Of a DNA stretch of 39,434 nucleotides, positions 33,917 to 39,434 are shown piece by piece; position 1 is the stretch's first letter, and each line of letters opens with the position of its first letter. The stretch is from contig CAYQWH010000002.1 in NCBI GenBank assembly GCA_964421265.1, forward strand, positions 1 to 39,434. The letters are read 5' to 3'. Both the position numbers and the translations under genes were made by a program. This DNA is from an uncultured Oscillospiraceae bacterium (GTDB taxonomy: Bacteria; Bacillota; Clostridia; Oscillospirales; Oscillospiraceae). The notes beneath the pieces are model-generated. The model had not been told where the DNA came from and did not search any database. It saw nothing but the letters and a program-made list of their open reading frames with translations.

Positions 33917-34882
33917 TCATTCGCCTATAATATCCCGGAACGCCCTCAGCGCGTTCCTCCAGCAGAGCTTTTCAATTTCCTCGTCAGTAAACGACTTTTC
34001 CAAAGCCCTGACAAGTATCTGGCTGCCGCCGCAGTCGCCCCATTCAAGGGCGCTGCCTATGCCGTCGTAGTCGGAACCCATGGCGAGGACGTCACTGCCG
34101 GCGACATTTTTTATGTGCAGCAGGTGCCGCGCCACTTCGTCGCAGGACGCGCTGTTACCGCCGCCGTCATGCAGGAACTGGGCGCAGAAGTTAATGCCGC
34201 ACACACCGCCGCTGTCCGCCACAGCTTTCAGCTGTTCATCGGTGAGGTTCCGGCTGTGTCCGCACAACGCCCTCGCGCATGAGTGGGACGCTATGAACGG
34301 TTTATGGCTTGTGCGCGCCACGTCCCAGAACCCGCCTTCCGATAAATGCGACACGTCCACCGCTATCCCCAACTCGTTCATCCTCCGAACCGCCTCGATT
34401 CCGAAGGGCTTCAGCCCCTTCATATGTTCCGCTCTGTCCGGACTCTGGGGAAATCCCAACGAGTTCTCGTAGTTCCATGTCAGCGCGACCATCCTGACGC
34501 CCTTGCGGTAATACTCATCAACGTTCTCAATCTTACCCCTCAGCGTCACGCCGTCCTCGACAGTCAGAATCGCGCTCATCTTGCCATCTGCCCAATTGCG
34601 CTCCACATCACCGGCTGTATATGCCGGAAGAATATCGTCACTCGTAAGTTCAAGCTCCCGCCGGTACGCGCAATACGCCTTGTCAAAGTACTCCTCAGCG
34701 GTACCCGTGATCCCATGCCGCGCGGCAGCGTCAGATGTCGGAACGAATATCGCGAAGCACTGCGCCATGCACTCGCCTTTTCGCATTTTCTCAAGGTTTA
34801 TATGGCTGTTCTCCAGGCCCTTCAGGTGCCCGCCCGCGTAAAAATGTAATATGGTGTCGCAGTGCAGGTCTATAATACGCAT
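33917..34882 (-). CDS. Membrane (renal-type) dipeptidase, peptidase family M19
   Basis: N-terminal IIDLHCDT, 321 aa, with typical M19 His/Asp/Glu contexts (DVSHLSE, ASHSCAR). Confidence 0.9.
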   Translation of the reverse strand: MRIIDLHCDTILHFYAGGHLKGLENSHINLEKMRKGECMAQCFAIFVPTSDAAARHGITGTAEEYFDKAYCAYRRELELTSDDILPAYTAGDVERNWADGKMSAILTVEDGVTLRGKIENVDEYYRKGVRMVALTWNYENSLGFPQSPDRAEHMKGLKPFGIEAVRRMNELGIAVDVSHLSEGGFWDVARTSHKPFIASHSCARALCGHSRNLTDEQLKAVADSGGVCGINFCAQFLHDGGGNSASCDEVARHLLHIKNVAGSDVLAMGSDYDGIGSALEWGDCGGSQILVRALEKSFTDEEIEKLCWRNALRAFRDIIGE

Positions 34883-34884
34883 AT

Positions 34885-36231
34885 TTACTCCGCTCCCTGT
34901 GCCAGCGCGCCCATCGGGTCCCAGGGCGCCAGCACGATAGGCTCGGCGTCATACGCGTCAAGGACGTCGCGTGTCAGGTACTTGCGGTTCACCACTATCT
35001 GGTAAAGGTACCTGTCAAACCACGCGTCAGTCATAATGTACATACCCTTGTTGCCCGGATCGTCGCCCCAACTGTTCTCTACGCGCCAGCGCACCGGACT
35101 TCCGTCCTCCGCGATGTCCACGCCCTGGAACGTCATGGCGTGGGTCATCATGCTGTGCCCATACTCCAGCCTGTCAGCTTTTGTCATGGTAAACTCCGTA
35201 TCGAAAAGCGTCTCGAAGTCAAAAGCTTCCGTATCCATAAGCCCGCTGTCCCGATCAGAGTATTTGCCAACGTCGCAGCCGAACCAGACGGGCGTGCCGT
35301 CCCGAAGCTGCTCAATAGCGGCCTTTTTCATCACTTCTAACGGAACGTTCACGTACTTTACCGGTTTCCCGTCTATAACGTTGCCAAGGTACTTAACCGT
35401 ATAGCTGCGCATATAGGGCTTATCCTCCGTCGGCGCGTTGATAAGGCTGACAAACCGCGTAAGATCAAGACCTATGTATTTATCGTAAAACTCGCGGGGT
35501 GTAAGTCCGCAGTCGGAAATGTACCGTCCGTCCTTCGCGCGTATCTTGAAATCAAACGTATCAGGCGGCGTGCCAAGGCATATGCAGAGCACGCGGTAAA
35601 CTTCCTCAAGGCAGCCGCGTTTTAACTCCCGCAGCTCCTCCATGCTCTTTCCTTCCTCATGCGCCCTTCTGAGCGTCGCGGCGTCTTTGCGCAGCTTCTC
35701 CGTGAGGACGGCGTTCATCTCGCCCGTGTCGGAAGAGCAGGCCGTCTCGGGCATAATCTCTTTCGGCACAGCGCCATACTTCATAATGAGCGCGGAGATC
35801 ATGTCCCACTGTCCGCCGTCCTGCACCGGGTCCCTCACGAGATGCGTTATGATACGGCCCTCCGTCTCCTCGTCGAATGTCTTGAAAATGCTCTCGTAGA
35901 AGTAGTTAGCTTTCTCCAGCTTGTCATAGAATAGCGTAAAGTTCTGGCTCAGCTCAAACTCATCCAGGTTCAATTTATGTATCACGTGGAACCTGAGGCA
36001 GTTGAGAGCCGCGAACATCCAGCACCTGCCGCTGTGCATCTGGTTAGTCACGCCATGCTGGTCGAGGCTGATTGAGTACTGGTGGACAGCGTTTGGCCGT
36101 CCCTGCCAGCGCTTGGCCGCCGCCGACGGGCCGACAGACGCGACGGCGTTCATGGCTATCGTATGCATACGGGACGAATGAAAATCCCGGTCAAATTCAT
36201 CAATGTTCTCCTGCGCTATATAATCTCTCAT
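34885..36231 (-). CDS. pepC: Aminopeptidase C (bleomycin-hydrolase family, C1B)
   Basis: Carries QMHSGRCWMFAALN (catalytic Cys), THAMTFQG (His), VENSWG (Asn) and the C-terminal PWDPMGALA motif. Confidence 0.9.
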   Translation of the reverse strand: MRDYIAQENIDEFDRDFHSSRMHTIAMNAVASVGPSAAAKRWQGRPNAVHQYSISLDQHGVTNQMHSGRCWMFAALNCLRFHVIHKLNLDEFELSQNFTLFYDKLEKANYFYESIFKTFDEETEGRIITHLVRDPVQDGGQWDMISALIMKYGAVPKEIMPETACSSDTGEMNAVLTEKLRKDAATLRRAHEEGKSMEELRELKRGCLEEVYRVLCICLGTPPDTFDFKIRAKDGRYISDCGLTPREFYDKYIGLDLTRFVSLINAPTEDKPYMRSYTVKYLGNVIDGKPVKYVNVPLEVMKKAAIEQLRDGTPVWFGCDVGKYSDRDSGLMDTEAFDFETLFDTEFTMTKADRLEYGHSMMTHAMTFQGVDIAEDGSPVRWRVENSWGDDPGNKGMYIMTDAWFDRYLYQIVVNRKYLTRDVLDAYDAEPIVLAPWDPMGALAQGAE

Positions 36232-36248
36232 CTAATTTCCTCCCCCTG

Positions 36249-37571
36249 TCAAACAAGCACTTGCCATTTTTCCCGTTCAATGGCCTCGCCGTCACTGACC
36301 TTCAGAATCTCCTCAGGCAGGTACTCCCGGTTTATTATAGTCTGGTACACATACTTGTCGAACCAGCCGTCGGTCATGATGAACATTCCCTCATTGCCGA
36401 CGTCCTTGCCCCAGGAATTTTCTACGCGCCAGGCGACGGGCTTGCCGTCGTCATCAATATCGACGCCTTTGAGAACCATAGCGTGGCTGAAACGCGCCTG
36501 TCTGTAAGCGAACCTGTCCTCACGGCTCATGGACAGATCAATATTGAGGACATCTTTGTAGCCGTAAAGCTCACTGTCCAGAAGTCCCCCCTCGCGCCAG
36601 TATCTCTCACGCACATCGCAGGCGAACCATACGGGTTCCCCCGCTTTAAGCTGCTTTATGGACGCGCTCTTGAGCGTCTCAACCGGAACCGTCACAAGCG
36701 TCACCGGTATGCCGCCTACCATGTCCCCGGCGTCGGGCAAAATATACTTTTTAAGCTCCCGCCCGTTGGTAGCTCCGGCTGTCAGCGGCACATACTGTGT
36801 CAGATCAACGCCTATGTACTTGTCATAGAACTCCTTCGGCGTTATTCCCCGGTCGCATATGAAATTATCGTCCTTGTCGCGGACTTTGAAATCAAATTTC
36901 TTTACCGGTTCCCCGTAGCAAATGCAGTACATTCTGTAAATCGTGTCCAGCATCTCCTCCTTCTCCGCCCGCAGCGTCTCCAGGGACTTTCCGTCTCTGT
37001 AACCGCGCCGCAGGTCCCTCGCGTACTCGCGAAGCTTCTCCTCTATTATAGGCGCGACCCTGGTGCTCTTGTCCGTGGATACTGTCTCCGGCTGCGCCTC
37101 CTGCGGCACAACGCCATATTTCCGCACAAGGTTCACAAACATCGACCAGTATCCGCCATCCGCCCCCGCCCAAGCCATCGTGCCCATAACGTCACGACTG
37201 TCAGACGGCTCGTCTATATACTTAATGACCAGTTCCAATAGCAAGTTAGCTTTCTCTAACTTGTCGTAGAACATCAGGTAATTGCCGGAAAATGAAAAGC
37301 TTTTCAGATTCAGCTTGCTGATTATCCTGTCTCTCAGGACATTGTACCCGGCGTACATCCAGCACCGACCGCTCTGTTTCTGCGCGGTTATGTCATGCTG
37401 CGGCAGCTCCACGGAAAACCCGTGAACGTCCTCCCGCCTCCTCGTATATCGCATAGCCGTTTTGTTCAGCCCACTTGTTGTAACCGCGTTCATTGACAAC
37501 AGGTTCGATCTGTCGCTGTCAAAGCTCGCCTTGAATGCTCCAAGCTCTTCACTGGTGATTGCTTCTCTCAT
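36249..37571 (-). CDS. C1B-family cysteine peptidase, divergent pepC paralog
   Basis: Carries QKQSGRCWMYAGYN, SHAMVLKG and VENSWG. The C-terminus (..EREKWQVLV) lacks the PWDPMGALA motif. Confidence 0.85.
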   Translation of the reverse strand: MREAITSEELGAFKASFDSDRSNLLSMNAVTTSGLNKTAMRYTRRREDVHGFSVELPQHDITAQKQSGRCWMYAGYNVLRDRIISKLNLKSFSFSGNYLMFYDKLEKANLLLELVIKYIDEPSDSRDVMGTMAWAGADGGYWSMFVNLVRKYGVVPQEAQPETVSTDKSTRVAPIIEEKLREYARDLRRGYRDGKSLETLRAEKEEMLDTIYRMYCICYGEPVKKFDFKVRDKDDNFICDRGITPKEFYDKYIGVDLTQYVPLTAGATNGRELKKYILPDAGDMVGGIPVTLVTVPVETLKSASIKQLKAGEPVWFACDVRERYWREGGLLDSELYGYKDVLNIDLSMSREDRFAYRQARFSHAMVLKGVDIDDDGKPVAWRVENSWGKDVGNEGMFIMTDGWFDKYVYQTIINREYLPEEILKVSDGEAIEREKWQVLV

Positions 37572-37607
37572 ATAATACCTCCAATGAATATAAAATATCT
37601 ATCTCCA

Positions 37608-37638
37608 GACTTCCCGCCGGTAAGTCCGGCGGGAAGTC
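37608..37638 (-). terminator. Intrinsic terminator after the GGDEF gene
   Basis: GACTTCCCGCCGG (37608-37620) pairs with CCGGCGGGAAGTC (37626-37638), a 13-bp perfect stem. It lies 14 nt beyond the stop. Confidence 0.65.
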
Positions 37639-37651
37639 GGATAAGCGAAAG

Positions 37652-38581
37652 CTACTGTCTGCTGTTTTTGTCCTGGTACATTTTCCTGTCAGCTTCAGCG
37701 TACATTCTGCGTGACAGCTCCGGCGAACCGTCAAAGCTGTCGCTGTGCGACACTCCGCAGTTCACATAAGTGTGGAGGCCTCTTTTCTCGTCGTACATCG
37801 CGTCTTCTCTCAGACCCTCACGTATCTTCCGGATAACGTTCCACGCGCCCGCCTCGCTGCAGCGGAAGAGAATGATAAGGAACTCATCCCCGCCCATCCT
37901 GATGACCTTATCAGTCGCGCGGATGTGCGTTTTCATGACCGCTACGGTCTTACGCAGCGCCACATCTCCGACCGGATGCCCATACGTGTCATTTATGCTC
38001 TTAAAATCACGTATATCGGTCATGACGAACACCGTCTCACAGGCTTCCTTGGAAGCGAACGCGTACTCCTCAAAATACAACCGGTTATACGCGCCCGTCA
38101 GTCCGTCGATGTACATTTTATGTCTGTCGTGCTGTCCCCTGTAAACGCCGGACAGGATCTCGCTCACTCCGGACATTATTGCCTCCAGCACACATTCCGT
38201 CCGTGAACCGTCCGGCGAGATCACCGCAATCGGCGTCGCCAGAAGCAGTCTGCGCTCATTGCCGGCGTTTTCGAGCTTCACAACGCTTCGGCAGTTCTTC
38301 TGCGCTTCCAGCCCAGCGCACGGCTCACATCTGCCTACCCGGTCAAACAGTCCATAGCAGTAATCGTCATTCTGAACCATGGTGCCGTCATCCACGGCAA
38401 TGAACCCGCGGCAGACGGCCGGATCCGTCAGATGCACAGATTCAAATACCAGGGATAGCTTGGATATTAAGCTATGCAGTTTTTCCTCATCAATCACAAT
38501 AATACTTTCTCTCAATCTGTGCACCTTCTTTCCGCGCGGTTTTTCAGAGCTTATACCAAAATCAGGCGCGAAATATAACAC
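37652..38581 (-). CDS. Diguanylate cyclase (GGDEF) with a Cys-rich N-terminal sensor region
   Basis: Active site RMGGDEF, with an RATD I-site motif 5 residues upstream. The N-terminal part has CYGLFDRVGRCEPCAG. The ORF-track start is a GTG without an RBS. An in-frame TTG at 38518 follows GAAGGTG and is an alternative. Confidence 0.85.
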   Translation of the reverse strand: MLYFAPDFGISSEKPRGKKVHRLRESIIVIDEEKLHSLISKLSLVFESVHLTDPAVCRGFIAVDDGTMVQNDDYCYGLFDRVGRCEPCAGLEAQKNCRSVVKLENAGNERRLLLATPIAVISPDGSRTECVLEAIMSGVSEILSGVYRGQHDRHKMYIDGLTGAYNRLYFEEYAFASKEACETVFVMTDIRDFKSINDTYGHPVGDVALRKTVAVMKTHIRATDKVIRMGGDEFLIILFRCSEAGAWNVIRKIREGLREDAMYDEKRGLHTYVNCGVSHSDSFDGSPELSRRMYAEADRKMYQDKNSRQ

Positions 38582-38611
38582 GGCTAATTCTGGGATGCGC
38601 TCTTAAGTAAC

Positions 38612-38640
38612 ATTATAACAATTTTTACGTCACTTATCAA
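38612..38640 (-). promoter_or_regulatory. Candidate promoter for the GGDEF gene
   Basis: Minus strand reads TTGATA (38635-38640), a 17-nt spacer ending in TGT, then TATAAT (38612-38617). Confidence 0.55.
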
Positions 38641-38713
38641 TATATTTTTTATTTTTTTAATCGCGCGCTGCCGTATTCGCGCTATGGAGCCGCCGCGCGC
38701 CGACAGGTTCAGG

Positions 38714-39109
38714 TCAGCCGTCCTTCTTTTTACTGAGCGCTTTGCACATGAACCGCTCCGAGTCCACGACGAAGCGCGTGTGAACGCCCGAACCTATGGG
38801 GCCTTCGTCGTCAAACGCCTCCACGCGGAACGTTATGAACCGTCCTTCCACTTCCGTCACTTCCGCCCGCGCTCTGACGGTCATACCCTCCGGTGTCGCG
38901 GATGTGTGTGTAAAATCAAGTCCCGTACCGACGCTCGTCTCCTCCGGCCGCAGATGAGGGTGAAGGGCATTGCAGGCGGCCAGCTCCATAAGCCCCACAA
39001 GGCATGGCGTGGCAAACACGGGCAATCCATCCTCCACAAGTCCCTTCGCCGTCTTATCGTGTGTAACAACAAACTCCGCGCTGCCCTTGTCGCCTATCGC
39101 TGCATACAT
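38714..39109 (-). CDS. Hotdog-fold thioesterase
   Basis: 131 aa from the ATG at 39109. It carries ...VGTGLDFTHTSATPEGMTVRARAEVTEVEGRFITFRVEAFDDEG..., typical of the small thioesterase superfamily. The in-frame ATG at 39259 would add 50 Arg-rich residues encoded by a DNA direct repeat, so I do not favour it. Confidence 0.8.
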   Translation of the reverse strand: MYAAIGDKGSAEFVVTHDKTAKGLVEDGLPVFATPCLVGLMELAACNALHPHLRPEETSVGTGLDFTHTSATPEGMTVRARAEVTEVEGRFITFRVEAFDDEGPIGSGVHTRFVVDSERFMCKALSKKKDG

Positions 39110-39322
39110 TTTACCATACGTTCCTTTCAGATTATTTGTCCGCCAGAGCTTATACCCGCCAAACCGCGAATTTTCCGAGAACCGCCGGCGGCGCGGTTCC
39201 GAGAAAACGCCGATTAAATCGAAACGCGGGAACACATTGTGTATCGCGGGCGCTGTCATAACGCCGCCTCAGGGAATAAAAGGCTCCGTGTCTGGGGATT
39301 TAGTCGGGTACCTCACTGAACT

Positions 39323-39351
39323 ATTATAACACATTCTTCGTCATTACGCAA
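39323..39351 (-). promoter_or_regulatory. Candidate promoter upstream of the thioesterase gene
   Basis: Minus strand reads TTGCGT (39346-39351), a 17-nt spacer ending in TGT, then TATAAT (39323-39328). Confidence 0.5.
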
Positions 39352-39434
39352 CAGCATACGATAATTTTACGTACCGTCCGTGTAGGTTAGTCAATCATAC
39401 TTTACAGTCTGGGAAAGAAAAAAGGATTTCTTTA

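Noticed and set aside
36072-37241. 389-aa plus-strand ORF and other long antisense ORFs. These include 2210-2971(-), 7881-8627(+), 10761-11294(+), 19521-20228(+), 20400-21191(+), 23812-24618(+), 27564-28355(+), 30338-31060(-) and 33285-33920(-).
   Set aside because: Each lies antisense to, or out of frame within, a gene with clear family motifs. Their products are Arg/Pro/Ala-rich low-complexity sequences typical of shadow ORFs in GC-rich DNA. None has a convincing RBS.

Overview
The window is a chromosomal segment that looks like a fairly GC-rich, spore-forming Clostridia genome, judged from spoIVB, an SLH-anchored wall protein, Firmicute-type RBSs and sigma-A-like promoters. All calls come from reading the sequence and the ORF track. 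No searches were run, and identity counts are hand counts. Gene content is mostly housekeeping. It includes a partial [FeFe]-hydrogenase-like gene, tsaE-tsaB-upp, an M14/LysM peptidoglycan peptidase, spoIVB, and a GNAT plus SLH wall protein. It also holds a split chromate-transporter pair, a CDF metal exporter, a lipoprotein serpin, and a sigma-70-family factor with a membrane partner. Further along are a stand-alone SWIM-SNF2 helicase and a long minus-strand operon (SCP2-like gene, class-III aminotransferase, pyrC-pyrK-pyrD-pyrF-pyrE-pyrB-pyrI). The rest comprises pnp and rpsO, mnmG with a small unknown gene and a secreted nuclease, an M19 dipeptidase with two pepC paralogs, a GGDEF cyclase and a hotdog thioesterase. 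I see no transposase, integrase, cas genes, CRISPR array, toxin-antitoxin pair or recognisable multi-gene defence system. I cannot point to a clearly novel protein system. The unexplained structure is almost all non-coding. (1) A mosaic family of GC-rich intergenic repeats with AT-rich conserved ends occurs at four clear loci (964-1067, 2933-3007, 15563-15662, 26062-26133), with weaker fragments or shared modules at about seven more. (2) Several long 5' leaders are closed by long-range helices and sit behind near-consensus promoters: the CDF gene (about 330 nt), the SCP2/aminotransferase/pyr operon (about 190 nt), mnmG (about 195 nt, 21-23 position closing helix) and pnp (about 25-pair hairpin). 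(3) A promoter in front of the hydrogenase-like gene is embedded in a 26-bp palindrome with four ATCGTA hexamers. The protein-level oddities (serpin with a long acidic reactive loop, divergent pepC paralog, SCP2/aminotransferase pair grafted onto the pyr operon) are of moderate interest only.
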